This document shows, piece after piece, positions 1 to 10,068 of a stretch of DNA of 42,614 nucleotides. Within the stretch, counting starts at the first letter, position 1; every line of letters starts with the position of its first letter. The translations under genes were made by a program, and so were the position numbers. The notes beneath the pieces were generated by a model. It was not told the origin of the DNA. It worked only from the letters and a program-made list of their open reading frames with translations, and searched no databases. Location of the stretch: sequence record SRR31156797_3011. The stretch is one strand, 5' to 3'.

Positions 1-30
1 TGGCATTCTAACCATCTGAACTACCGGGCC
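1..30 (-). tRNA. 5' part of a tRNA, probably tRNA-Asp (truncated by the window edge)
   Basis: The reverse complement GGCCCGGTAGTTCAGATGGTTAGAATGCCA is an acceptor 5' strand plus D-arm typical of Firmicute tRNA-Asp(GUC). It lies just downstream of tRNA-Val, a common pairing. The anticodon is outside the window. Confidence 0.75.
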
Positions 31-60
31 ATATAAAAAATTAATGCAGATTGGTAATGT

Positions 61-136
61 TGGTGGGAACAGTTGGGCTCGAACCAACGACCCCTTGCTT
101 GTAAGGCAAGTGCTCTCCCAGCTGAGCTATGCTCCC
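61..136 (-). tRNA. tRNA-Val (anticodon UAC), CCA encoded
   Basis: Reverse complement GGGAGCATAGCTCAGCTGGGAGAGCACTTGCCTTACAAGCAAGGGGTCGTTGGTTCGAGCCCAACTGTTCCCACCA forms a full cloverleaf, with anticodon stem CTTGC/GCAAG, loop CT-TAC-AA and a GTTCGAG T-loop. Confidence 0.97.
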
Positions 137-194
137 GAAAATTACTTCCTCTGCATAAACTATTAACACTTTACTTTTCTCAAGTGCGATATCA

Positions 195-223
195 ATTATA
201 TAATAACAATATCGAATTGTCAA
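195..223 (-). promoter_or_regulatory. sigma-A promoter of the tRNA operon
   Basis: Minus-strand TTGACA (223-218), 17 bp spacer, TATAAT (200-195): perfect consensus, about 60 bp upstream of tRNA-Val. Confidence 0.88.
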
Positions 224-392
224 CACTTAATTTACACTTTTATAATATAAAAAATGCTGTTTTTTGCTACAGTAAAATACACAGTTTTTGATGCTATGAT
301 GCTTTGATTTTCTTGTAGAATATACTATATATTTTGAATAAATATTTGTTTATTAAAGCATTATTTCGTGATGTTTCTAAATAAGCATTTAA

Positions 393-421
393 TTGACATA
401 TCTTTAGGTTAATTCTATAAT
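393..421 (+). promoter_or_regulatory. sigma-A promoter of the SBP/two-component operon
   Basis: TTGACA (393-398), 17 bp spacer, TATAAT (416-421): perfect consensus, 100 bp upstream of the ATG at 522. Confidence 0.82.
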
Positions 422-521
422 AATACTATTATACTTTTTAGCAGATGATTTATTGGTTGTTTGCCAACATAATTATTCTTTGTATTTTTTTATACTTTAA
501 TCTGCGCAAAAAGGAGAGAAA

Positions 522-1799
522 ATGAAAAAAATCATAATTATCATCCTTATAGTCGCTGTAGCAGCAGTTACATTTTTTAGCTGTAGGGCGAATATTGACG
601 GTACTGAATTGATTCAGCCGGAGGATGGTGAAAGTGTTACAGTACGATTTGTAAATTCATGGGGCGGAGTTGATTCTAACGCTGATGCATTAGACGGTAT
701 TTTCCGTAATTTTATGCAGGAGAATCCTGACATCACTATAATAAATGACTCAGTAGGCGGCAGTGATTTCCTGAATAAAATAAAGACTGACTTTGCTACT
801 AATAACGACCCTGACGTATTTGGACTATGGCCAGGTTCTGATATTAATACATTAATTGAAGCAGGAAAAATAGCAGATCTAACAGACCTTATTAATTCTG
901 ATCCGGAGTGGAAAGCATCCTTTGGTGAGGATGCATGGAACTATTGTACAGTTGATGGAAGAATCTACGGTCTGCCTGTCGAAATAATCTATGAAGCACT
1001 TTTTGTAAATACTCAAATACTTGATAAGTACAAATTGGACTCGCCACAAACATATACTGATTTGTGTGTATTAATCAGAGTACTCCACAACCAAGGTATT
1101 GTACCTATAGCTTATAACTATGAAGCTGAAGGCTCATATATCTATCAGAATATTGTCGCACAACTAATGAGTGAAGATAATGGGAATGATTTTGAAGAAT
1201 GCCTAAAAGAAGGTATGTATTATATGTTGGACTTATATGAAAGATATGCTTTCCCTGAGAATGCATACTCTTTAAGTAATACTCAACGGAATGATTTGTT
1301 CCTATCCGGCGAAGCAGCAATGATAGTACAGGGGTCATGGTTTACCAGAGATATTTATTCATCTGGCATGGGAGCAAAGGTTGATATTATACCGTTTCCT
1401 GCGCTTGATGACAGCAAAAGCGGTGAGTATTCTATGATTTATGGGCTAGGATGCGGTACTTTTTATATTAGTCAAAAAGCATGGGAAGATGAGAGTAAAA
1501 AAGAAGCTTGTATTAGGGTGCTTCGTGACTTAACGTCCATAGAAACCTCGGATATCCTGTCAGAAGAATCAGGATTTTTAAGTAATATTGATATGAAAGA
1601 TAATCAAAAGGGAGTTAGTACACTTCGAAAAAAAGGAATTGAACTGATTGAAGGGGCGGATCATTTAGTTCCACCAATAGATTCAATTATAGACAGAGAC
1701 TTGTGGGAAGAAGTAATAGTTGATGAATTCAGCGAAATTTACAGATTTGGCAATTCTCGAATTGAAAGACTATGGAGAGATATTAGTGTGGATTATTGA
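522..1799 (+). CDS. extracellular sugar-binding lipoprotein (family 1 SBP), probably the sensing partner of the adjacent kinase
   Basis: AAGGAGAG RBS; signal peptide ending FFSC; SBP family 1 motifs (PDVF, DGRIYGLP, FLSGEAAMIVQGSW); overlaps the kinase start. Confidence 0.88.
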   Translation: MKKIIIIILIVAVAAVTFFSCRANIDGTELIQPEDGESVTVRFVNSWGGVDSNADALDGIFRNFMQENPDITIINDSVGGSDFLNKIKTDFATNNDPDVFGLWPGSDINTLIEAGKIADLTDLINSDPEWKASFGEDAWNYCTVDGRIYGLPVEIIYEALFVNTQILDKYKLDSPQTYTDLCVLIRVLHNQGIVPIAYNYEAEGSYIYQNIVAQLMSEDNGNDFEECLKEGMYYMLDLYERYAFPENAYSLSNTQRNDLFLSGEAAMIVQGSWFTRDIYSSGMGAKVDIIPFPALDDSKSGEYSMIYGLGCGTFYISQKAWEDESKKEACIRVLRDLTSIETSDILSEESGFLSNIDMKDNQKGVSTLRKKGIELIEGADHLVPPIDSIIDRDLWEEVIVDEFSEIYRFGNSRIERLWRDISVDY

Positions 1800-3630
1800 C
1801 AGAATACTGCATTTGGTAAGGTCAAAAGAACTACGTGAGAGCATGTGGAAATTTATGGTGCTTCAAGCTCTTATTATTGTTCTTGCTGTCAGCATATCCA
1901 CCTACCTTAGTACCTATTCTGCAATGCAGAAGCAGGCAATTAGTTTTTCCAATGAAATATTAAAGATGAAGGCAAGTGATATAGATAGCTATATTGAGGG
2001 CATGGAGCAGCAAAGCCAATATATTCTCCAACAGTTATCTGTTTACAAAGTACTAGACAGTGTAAAGAACCTAGATAAAAGAGACCCTTATTATGATGCT
2101 GTTGCCAGCGGTCTGCTTTCAGATAGCGATAGTGACGAACTAGAAACAGTAATGGATGCTATGGTTACCGGAAAGGAAATCCAGTCTGTTGCAATACTTG
2201 ATAATGATGGGACAATCTGGGCATATGATAATCATGGTTCCAAGGATTTAGAAATCCAGACAATTTTGGATACAGAGGAGATTTCTAATTTAATGAGGTT
2301 GGCTAATGATTCTGACGGTGGATTAGAAGCACATCTATACAGCTTAGACAGCAACGAAAACATTCTATTTTTTACAAGATGTATATATAGTCCTGAGGAT
2401 TATAAGCAGGTAGGATATTTAATGCTTATAGCAAATATGGATTCATTAGCTGATATTTTGGCAAGCGGAATCGATAACGAAAGCTTCGATATTATGGTAT
2501 ATACAGATGATGGAGAGCCAGTATATAAGGGGCAAAATGAGGTTTCAACTACCAGTATTCTGTCATTTATCAATAAAAATATTGCATGGCAGGTGAATAA
2601 TACTGAAGGTGTGCTCTTTGTACGTGCATTAAGTCAAAACGAAAAATGGTCAGTTGTTTCGACTCAAAAGCTTAGCCGTTTGTTATATGATGTGATATCA
2701 TTCAGGAAGATCACAATCGGCTTATCCCTTATAATAATTTTTATATTCACTGTTGCATCATGGCATTTTGCAAAGAGCATAGTTCAGCCGATTTTGGCTG
2801 TAACGGATGCAATGCATAAATTCAGAGAGGGAGTAACCAACGTAGATGTTACAACTGACCGAGAAGATGAACTGGGATATTTGACGCACTCGTTTAATGA
2901 AATGGTTCAGGAAAATAAACGTCTTGTCAATGATATATATAGAGAGCAGATTACAAAAAAGGAGGCAGAGCTGCAGGCTTTGCAGTCGCAGATTAATCCC
3001 CACTTCTTATTTAATACCCTTGAAACGATTTCATGGAAGGCGCGCCTAAGCCATGTAGATGACATAAGCGAAATGGTGGAGGATTTATCTGATATTATGA
3101 AGGTATCCATAGGTAAAAGCTCCGCTATGACCGAACTAAAGCAGGAAATGCTATATATAAAAAAATATTTGGATATAATGGAGAAACGTTTTGGTGATCG
3201 GCTGACAGTTAAACAAAGCATAGACGAGTCTCTGAATTCGTATATGGTGCCAAGGCTCTTGATACAGCCGATTATTGAAAATGCTATATATCACGGTATA
3301 GAGAAATCCCGTCGGGGAGGTATAATATTTGTTAGTGCAAAAGAATATAATGATTTTGTTAGGATACAAGTGTGCAATACAGGAACAGGTATTCCAAAAG
3401 AGGTGGTGGAGCAGATAAATATTGGTTTGCAGCGTGCATCGGATGAATACTTCTATAATCTAAATTCGGACAACAATCATAATGTGGGACTTGAAAATGT
3501 TAATAGACGGATAAAGTTATTTTACGGCGAAGAGTATGGTGTGGAGCTAAAAAGCAAGTATGGTTACTATTCTAATGTTATAATGTATCTGCCAAGAAAG
3601 GCGAAAGAAGAAGGAGAAACGTATGTATAA
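1786..3630 (+). CDS. YesM/LytS-type sensor histidine kinase (2 TM, extracellular sensor, HAMP, His_kinase, HATPase)
   Basis: ELQALQSQINPHFLFNTLE H-box, IQPIIENAIYHG N-box, DELGYLTHSFNEM HAMP. Start placed at GTG 1786 after GGAGA; the ORF track starts at 1720. Confidence 0.93.
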   Translation: MWIIDRILHLVRSKELRESMWKFMVLQALIIVLAVSISTYLSTYSAMQKQAISFSNEILKMKASDIDSYIEGMEQQSQYILQQLSVYKVLDSVKNLDKRDPYYDAVASGLLSDSDSDELETVMDAMVTGKEIQSVAILDNDGTIWAYDNHGSKDLEIQTILDTEEISNLMRLANDSDGGLEAHLYSLDSNENILFFTRCIYSPEDYKQVGYLMLIANMDSLADILASGIDNESFDIMVYTDDGEPVYKGQNEVSTTSILSFINKNIAWQVNNTEGVLFVRALSQNEKWSVVSTQKLSRLLYDVISFRKITIGLSLIIIFIFTVASWHFAKSIVQPILAVTDAMHKFREGVTNVDVTTDREDELGYLTHSFNEMVQENKRLVNDIYREQITKKEAELQALQSQINPHFLFNTLETISWKARLSHVDDISEMVEDLSDIMKVSIGKSSAMTELKQEMLYIKKYLDIMEKRFGDRLTVKQSIDESLNSYMVPRLLIQPIIENAIYHGIEKSRRGGIIFVSAKEYNDFVRIQVCNTGTGIPKEVVEQINIGLQRASDEYFYNLNSDNNHNVGLENVNRRIKLFYGEEYGVELKSKYGYYSNVIMYLPRKAKEEGETYV

Positions 3631-5155
3631 GGTGCTGCTGGCTGATGACGAATCGATTATACGTAAGGGACTAAAGAATATTATTAACTGGGATGATTAC
3701 GACTGTGAAGTAGTAGCAGAAGCCGCTGATGGTTATGAAGGACTGGAAATGATAGAAAAATATCAACCTGATATTATCTTTACTGATATTAGGATGCCGG
3801 TTATGGATGGACTGGAAATGGTAGAACAAATTGAGCGAGATTCGTACTCTCCAAAGGTAATAATACTAACTGGATTTTCTGACTTTGGTTATGCAAAGGA
3901 AGCAATTGCTCTAGGGGTTTCGGAATTCCTCCTTAAGCCAACTAAGCTGGAGGAAATAAAATCCACTATTTCTAAGGTTGTTAAAGAGATTAATAAAGAA
4001 GCTGAAGAAAGTCGTGAGATTGAGAAAATATACAATAGATATAATAAATCGGTTATACTGCTGCAGGAGAAGCTGCTGTATGAGGTGATGGTTGGAATCA
4101 CTCGTGAAAAAGATGAAATAATCAGTCAGGCAAAAGAATTGGAATTAAATATTCAGGATTATTATCTGGTAGTAGTAGGTTTTTCCGGCGAAGAGAAAGA
4201 AACTTCCGTAGAAAATATGGGGGTAATGCATACGTTTATTGATATGCTTTTAGAGGCTCATGATGCTTATTCCATTGTTCTGGATGAATGCAAATATGCA
4301 CTCATTATTAATGCCGGCGAAGAGGATGACAACAATTTACGAAAACAAATAAATAATCTTCAGCAAAGTGTTTCAGATAATTTAGGGCTTGATGTTGCGG
4401 TTACCCTCAGCAGTAAGCACTCAAAGATTGAAACACTGAACCAAAGCTACAGTGAGTGCAGATATATTATGGAGTATGATAGTCTCTTTGACAAAAAAAA
4501 TATCTATGCATCTGACAGCAGAAAAAATTCAGCAGATACATCCGCCATATATGCAGGGATAAAAAAGATAATACTAGATACAATATCTTATGGAGTTGAG
4601 ACCACTACTAAACAGACTGTAAGAGAACTATTAAGTCAAGTTCACAGTGATGATGACACGGTAATAGCTTGGCTTATCAGCATTATTAATGAAATCGGTG
4701 CTATGCTTCCAGATTGGGAAAAAAATATAGAAACAGAAGACATTGATTCGCTTAAAACAGAGATAACAAGTCTCGCGGTCAGAGCAACACAGTTCGCTAT
4801 TGAGGATACAAATGAGCAGACAAAATTAATTGTTAAAAAGGCACAGGAGTATCTTAAGGAAAATTATTATAGGCATGTTACCTTAGCTGAAGTGTCCAAG
4901 ACTGTATATGTGAGCACATACTACATCAGCCGTGTTTTTCGCAAGGAAACAGGTATGACTATTACTGAATACATTAATCAGATTAGGATTGAAAAGGCAT
5001 GTACACTACTGAAGGATATTAAACTAAAGGTTTACCAGATTGGAGATATGGTTGGCATTGCCGATCCTCATTATTTTTCTAGATTGTTCAAAAAGAGTCT
5101 GGGTATGACACCTAGTGAATATAGAAATACTCATATTGAAGATACAAATGGCTAA
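3623..5155 (+). CDS. YesN-type response regulator (REC + AraC HTH)
   Basis: MYKVLLADDE, PDIIFTDIRMPVMDG, FLLKP; C-terminal AraC motif YFSRLFKKSLGMTPSEYR; overlaps the kinase stop. Confidence 0.95.
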   Translation: MYKVLLADDESIIRKGLKNIINWDDYDCEVVAEAADGYEGLEMIEKYQPDIIFTDIRMPVMDGLEMVEQIERDSYSPKVIILTGFSDFGYAKEAIALGVSEFLLKPTKLEEIKSTISKVVKEINKEAEESREIEKIYNRYNKSVILLQEKLLYEVMVGITREKDEIISQAKELELNIQDYYLVVVGFSGEEKETSVENMGVMHTFIDMLLEAHDAYSIVLDECKYALIINAGEEDDNNLRKQINNLQQSVSDNLGLDVAVTLSSKHSKIETLNQSYSECRYIMEYDSLFDKKNIYASDSRKNSADTSAIYAGIKKIILDTISYGVETTTKQTVRELLSQVHSDDDTVIAWLISIINEIGAMLPDWEKNIETEDIDSLKTEITSLAVRATQFAIEDTNEQTKLIVKKAQEYLKENYYRHVTLAEVSKTVYVSTYYISRVFRKETGMTITEYINQIRIEKACTLLKDIKLKVYQIGDMVGIADPHYFSRLFKKSLGMTPSEYRNTHIEDTNG

Positions 5156-5472
5156 ATAACTTGCGCTAAGAAAAAAGTAATCATTTTACCCTAATATTGA
5201 TATCAATATTAAATGTGCAGACAGACACAAAATTGCAACATTTCCACATAATGCTATTGACTTTGTTGGATGATTTGCATATTTTATCTTGACGTAATTT
5301 ATAAGATTTATCACTATAGCACAATTTTGTTGCATTAATTTGCTCTCAACCGATTAAGCAATATTGTCCAGTATTTAGCAACTGAGTGTATTTTATTTAG
5401 GTTCTCATAGTAGTAACATTTTATATAAGATATATAAGAGCGTTTGATTATATGAAGTAGGAGAATTGTACT

Positions 5473-6444
5473 ATGAGGAAAAAAAGGAAAAAGCAGGAGC
5501 TTAGTTCTGCCAGTTTAGCTGCAAAGGAAAGAACTTTCTTTCAGGAAATTATAAAGAACAGAGCACTGTATCTGATGATGTTGCCGACTGTAGCATTTTT
5601 GTTTATAAACAACTATCTGCCTATGGCAGGCTTATCACTGGCGTTTTTGAAATATCGTCCTGCTCTAGGGCTCTTTAATTCTGAGTTTGTAGGATTTTCA
5701 AATTTTGAATACTTTTTCTCAACACCAGATTTTATTACAATCACACGAAACACAGTTCTATATAATGTAGTATATATAATTTTGGATATATCTGTTGCTG
5801 TAGTATTAGCCATCGCACTAAACGAGATGAGAAAGAAAACAGCAAAAAAGGTATATCAGTCATTTATGTTGATGCCCTACTTCCTGTCTTGGGTTGTAGT
5901 AAATTACATTTTTTATTCATTCCTAAGTTTTGACAAAGGTTTTATAAATAATAAACTCCTTGAATTTATAGGCGTTGAGGCCGTTCAGTGGTATAGAAAT
6001 ACAAATGCATGGCCATTCATACTGGTATTTGCTCAGTTGTGGAGATACACAGGATATAATACCATTTTGATGTATGCAGGATTGATGGGAATAGACAATA
6101 CTGTCTATGAAGCTGCAGTAATGGACGGTGCTAGTAAGTGGAAACAAATCACTCGAATTACTATACCGTTACTTTCACCGGTTATCATAGTCATGTTCCT
6201 GATGCTGGTGGGCAGGATATTCTATGCAGACTTCGGACTCCACTTCCAGGTTCCTAATAATTCTGGTTCACTCTATCCTGTGACGGACGTGCTGGACACA
6301 TATGTATATCGCTCACTGCGACAATTAGGTAATATCTCAATGGCTGCCGCTGCAGGCTTCTATCAGGCTGTAGTAGGTATGGTTATAGTAGTTGTAGCCA
6401 ACAAGGTAGTACAGCGTGTGGACCCTTCAAAGTCAATATTCTAG
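5473..6444 (+). CDS. carbohydrate ABC transporter permease (LplB-like)
   Basis: Multiple TM helices, EAA loop YEAAVMDGASKWKQITRITIP, and the DVLDTYVYR motif. Confidence 0.93.
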   Translation: MRKKRKKQELSSASLAAKERTFFQEIIKNRALYLMMLPTVAFLFINNYLPMAGLSLAFLKYRPALGLFNSEFVGFSNFEYFFSTPDFITITRNTVLYNVVYIILDISVAVVLAIALNEMRKKTAKKVYQSFMLMPYFLSWVVVNYIFYSFLSFDKGFINNKLLEFIGVEAVQWYRNTNAWPFILVFAQLWRYTGYNTILMYAGLMGIDNTVYEAAVMDGASKWKQITRITIPLLSPVIIVMFLMLVGRIFYADFGLHFQVPNNSGSLYPVTDVLDTYVYRSLRQLGNISMAAAAGFYQAVVGMVIVVVANKVVQRVDPSKSIF

Positions 6445-6467
6445 AAACACGAAATCATTGAAAGGCA

Positions 6468-7385
6468 ATGGATAAAATGAAAAAAAAGAAGGTAAATTTA
6501 CAAGAGATTAATATGATCTCACCGTTCACAGATATAGTTCTGAAGCTGATATTCGCTATAGTGATAATTGCAACATGCGTCTATCCGCTGCTGGTAATAC
6601 TGGGAACATCCTTTACAGAAAATAATACAATCCTAAGTGAAGGATACAATGTTATACCAAAGGTATTTTCACTGGATGCATATAAATATGTATTAGTTAG
6701 TACAAAGAATCTAATTAATGCTTATGGTGTAACCGTTTTGGTGACTGCAGTTGGAACACTGACAGGTGTAGCTATGATGAGTATGTATGCATATGCACTG
6801 AGCAGAAAGGACTTGAAGTATTCTAGGTTCTTCTCGATGTTTGCATATATTACATTTGTATTCAATGGAGGATTAGTACCATTTTACTTCGTATACTCAA
6901 GGGTACTGAACCTGAGCGATACGCTTGCAGTATTAATAGTACCGTATCTGGTGGATGTATGGTATATCGTAATCCTTAGAACATTTTTCGCATCCAGCAT
7001 ACCGGATTCAATCATTGATTCTGCGAAAATTGACGGAGCAGGTGAGTTCAGAACATTTTCACAGATTGTATTGCCGCTGGCAATACCCGGTATTGCAACA
7101 GTAACACTTTTTACAGTGCTCAAGTATTGGAATGACTTTCAGCTACCTCTATATTTTATAGAGAGTGCAGATAAATCAAATATACAGTATCTGCTGTACC
7201 GTATAATGGGTAACATGCAGTTTATAGCAACAAACACACAGTCAATCAATCTATCTGGTCCTCTGCCTATAGAGTCCTCTAGAATGGCGATGTGTGTACT
7301 GGGAACAGGACCATTATTAATCGCTTATCCATTCTTCCAGAAGTATTTTATCAAGGGATTAACAATGGGGTCAGTAAAGGGATAA
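6468..7385 (+). CDS. carbohydrate ABC transporter permease (LplC-like)
   Basis: FNGGLVPFY, DSAKIDGAGEFRTF EAA loop, C-terminal YPFFQKYFIKGLTMGSVKG. Confidence 0.93.
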   Translation: MDKMKKKKVNLQEINMISPFTDIVLKLIFAIVIIATCVYPLLVILGTSFTENNTILSEGYNVIPKVFSLDAYKYVLVSTKNLINAYGVTVLVTAVGTLTGVAMMSMYAYALSRKDLKYSRFFSMFAYITFVFNGGLVPFYFVYSRVLNLSDTLAVLIVPYLVDVWYIVILRTFFASSIPDSIIDSAKIDGAGEFRTFSQIVLPLAIPGIATVTLFTVLKYWNDFQLPLYFIESADKSNIQYLLYRIMGNMQFIATNTQSINLSGPLPIESSRMAMCVLGTGPLLIAYPFFQKYFIKGLTMGSVKG

Positions 7386-7436
7386 AGATTTATTGGTAAT
7401 AGTGCCAATATTATTAATTATATTTGGAGGTAAGAG

Positions 7437-8981
7437 ATGAAACACTTGAAGGTAACTACATTAGTTTTAGTACTAGTACTTGCTATGAGCTTTGCATTTA
7501 CAGCATGTACAAGTTCAGAACCAACAGAAGCTGAAACATCAACAGAAGCTGAAGCAACAGAAGAAGCAACGGAAGAAGCAACGGAAGAGCCAAAAGAAGA
7601 AGCTGTTGAATTGAAATGGTATGTAATCGGTTCTATAGAGCAAGCTGACCAAGATATGGTTGAGGAAAAAATCAACGAGTACACTTTAGAGAAGATTAAC
7701 TGTACAGTTGATATTATCTTTGTAGACTACGGTGATTATTCAGATGTTGTTGGTCCAAAACTAGCAACGGGTGAAGCAGTTGATATCGTATTCACATCTA
7801 ACTGGACAGGCGCAGCAAGCTATAGAGTTAATGCACCAATCGGTAACTTCGTAGACTTGACTGACTATTTGGCAGAAGGCGGAGTTCTATATGAAACTCG
7901 TCAAATACTAGGAGACGATTTCTGTGACGCAACAAAAATCGATGGTAAAAACTATGCTATACCATGTAACAAAGAGAAAGCTCACAACTGGGGTTTCTTG
8001 TTCAGAAAAGACATAGTTGAAGAACTAAGCTTAGATATTGACAGCGTAGAAACAACTGAAGACTTAGAGCCAATCCTTGCACAAGTTAAAGAAGCATATC
8101 CAGATATGATAGGCGTAGTAACAGCTACAGGTGAAGCACCATTCCGTCTGCTTGACTGGAATACATTCGTATCTGACAGCGTACCTGGAGCACTATACCC
8201 TGACAACCGTGACGATGTAGTAGTAAACCAATTTGCTACAGAAGAAGCAATCGCTCATTATAAGACAATGAAGGCTTACTATGATGCAGGTTATATCCGT
8301 GCAGACGCAGACACATATACTGACTGGAGTGGTGATTTAGCTTCAGGTAATGGTTTCTGTGTATCAGCATCAATGAAACCAGGTAAAGACATAGAGTTCT
8401 CATCAGGTTATGACTATGAATTCGTTCAAGTTGACTGTACAGATCCTGTTATGTCTAACCGTGAAACTGACGGTTCAATGATGGCTATTCCAATCGGATC
8501 AAAGAACCCAGAAAAAGCTGCTGAATTAATTAATCTAGCAAATACTGATAAGTATCTAAACAACTTACTAAACTATGGTATCGAAGACTATCACTTCACA
8601 AAGGTATCTGACAATGTTATCGAGCTAAGTGAAGATAATTCAGGTTGGAGACCAAACATCACTTGGGTATTCCCTAACCAGTTCATGAACTACACATTGA
8701 GCTCAGAAGACCCAGACAAGTTCGTAGAATTTGAAGCATACAATGGCTCTGCAATTCCTCTAAACAACTTAGGTTTCGTTTATGACAGTTCAGATATGGA
8801 AAACGTTGTAGCTGCTCTGACAGCTATTACAGACGAGTACACACCTAGACTTTACTCTGGTGCTGTAGACGATGTAGATACAGTTGTAGCTGAAATGAAC
8901 GATAAAATGGAAGCTGCAGGAATGGCTGATTTATTAGCTGACATCCAATCTCAATATGATGAGTGGTTAGCAGCTCAATAA
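7437..8981 (+). CDS. oligosaccharide ABC transporter substrate-binding lipoprotein (LplA/DUF3502-like C-terminus)
   Basis: Lipobox FTAC, acidic EATEE linker, NNLLNYGIEDYHF, C-terminal AAGMADLLADIQSQYDEW; GGAGG RBS. Confidence 0.9.
   Translation: MKHLKVTTLVLVLVLAMSFAFTACTSSEPTEAETSTEAEATEEATEEATEEPKEEAVELKWYVIGSIEQADQDMVEEKINEYTLEKINCTVDIIFVDYGDYSDVVGPKLATGEAVDIVFTSNWTGAASYRVNAPIGNFVDLTDYLAEGGVLYETRQILGDDFCDATKIDGKNYAIPCNKEKAHNWGFLFRKDIVEELSLDIDSVETTEDLEPILAQVKEAYPDMIGVVTATGEAPFRLLDWNTFVSDSVPGALYPDNRDDVVVNQFATEEAIAHYKTMKAYYDAGYIRADADTYTDWSGDLASGNGFCVSASMKPGKDIEFSSGYDYEFVQVDCTDPVMSNRETDGSMMAIPIGSKNPEKAAELINLANTDKYLNNLLNYGIEDYHFTKVSDNVIELSEDNSGWRPNITWVFPNQFMNYTLSSEDPDKFVEFEAYNGSAIPLNNLGFVYDSSDMENVVAALTAITDEYTPRLYSGAVDDVDTVVAEMNDKMEAAGMADLLADIQSQYDEWLAAQ
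7519..7600 (+). repeat. low-complexity 12-bp tandem repeat encoding the EATEE linker
   Basis: GAAGCAACAGAA/GAAGCAACGGAA units encode TEEATEEATEE after the lipobox. Confidence 0.7.
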
Positions 8982-9012
8982 TTTCAAAGTCAGAAATTAA
9001 TTAAATAAACAC

Positions 9013-9049
9013 AAAAAGAGAAGTCGTCCTTAATGGATGGCTTCTTTTT
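9013..9049. terminator. intrinsic terminator, probably bidirectional
   Basis: AAAAA-GAGAAGTCGTCC-TTAAT-GGATGGCTTCTT-TTT between the convergent SBP and AraC genes. Confidence 0.8.
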
Positions 9050-9118
9050 CAGTATTACAAAATCCTATAATTTTTTATACAAGCGTTTGTATAGTATCAG
9101 ATAAATAGATGTTATTTA

Positions 9119-9850
9119 TCACTTTATAATTTTTTCATCTTCTCTATACAGTTTCCTAAATTCCACAGGTGTATAGCCAGTATGTTTTTTGAAAACTTTA
9201 GAGTAATATCCATGATTGCAAAAATCGAAAATTGCTGCAATGTCTGTTATGCTGATGTCCCTGAATAGAAGAAATGATTTGGATGCTTCAACTTTCTTTC
9301 TTTGTATATAATCAGTAATTGACATGCCTACTTCTTTGTTGAATATTCGAGATATATAATCAGGTGATAGATGTGTTAAATCACTTAAATCACTTACTGA
9401 GATACTGGCTGTTACATTCTGATAAATATATTCAACCATTTTTGATACTGGATATTTATATTTGTTTTCAGTAGCATTATTCACCAGATCGGTAAAAATT
9501 CTCACCATATGTAATTCGTATTTCTTCAACTCTTTAACGGTATTTATGGTTTCTATGTTTCTGATGACCACATCACTCATATCGAATGCTTCCTCAGTAT
9601 ACACTCCTCCTTTTATTGCAGCACGAGTCAAAATAGTGCAGAGAGCTATCAGAGAGTTTCTTACTGAACGAACAGCATCGTAGGCTAATTGAGGTCTTTC
9701 CATCAGCAAAAAGCGGTTTATAACCGTCATTGCTGTATCATAATCACCTCTGGCGACATTTCGTACTAATTCAAGTTCTAATGAGTATGAAGGGTGAATA
9801 TATTGATAATTTATGTTTTTTATTTTTTCTCCAACAAGTGAATTCTTCAT
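9119..9850 (-). CDS. AraC-family transcriptional regulator, divergent from the second ABC operon
   Basis: C-terminal LSPDYISRIFNKEVG and YYSKVFKKHTGYTPVEFR; upstream minus-strand TGTTATAAT extended -10 (9892-9884). Confidence 0.9.
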   Translation of the reverse strand: MKNSLVGEKIKNINYQYIHPSYSLELELVRNVARGDYDTAMTVINRFLLMERPQLAYDAVRSVRNSLIALCTILTRAAIKGGVYTEEAFDMSDVVIRNIETINTVKELKKYELHMVRIFTDLVNNATENKYKYPVSKMVEYIYQNVTASISVSDLSDLTHLSPDYISRIFNKEVGMSITDYIQRKKVEASKSFLLFRDISITDIAAIFDFCNHGYYSKVFKKHTGYTPVEFRKLYREDEKIIK

Positions 9851-10068
9851 AAAACAGTTAAAAATAACCTCGCATTTTTGTTCATTATAACAGAATTTTA
9901 TAAGAAATTAAAGAAGTTAGCTATTATAATGACAATATAACAATCGTTTTACAGACACATACAGTAATTTCATCCTATGACATAATTCCTTTGTCAGAGC
10001 ATACATTTACTAGTAAATATGTTATGTAGAACAACAAATCGAAAGATTTGTAGAAAGAGGAGGAAAAA

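Noticed and set aside
1-136. tRNA-anchored prophage or integrative element
   Set aside because: No integrase or phage genes and no duplicate of the tRNA-Val 3' end in the window; the tRNA 3' sides face out of the window.
41-291. ORFs 41-226 (-) and 73-291 (+)
   Set aside because: They overlap tRNA-Val and its promoter; these are typical tRNA shadow ORFs.
9076-9093. Near-palindrome TATACAAGCGTTTGTATA resembling a LacI/cre operator
   Set aside because: It sits between two convergent 3' ends, not in a promoter; more likely a weak hairpin or chance.
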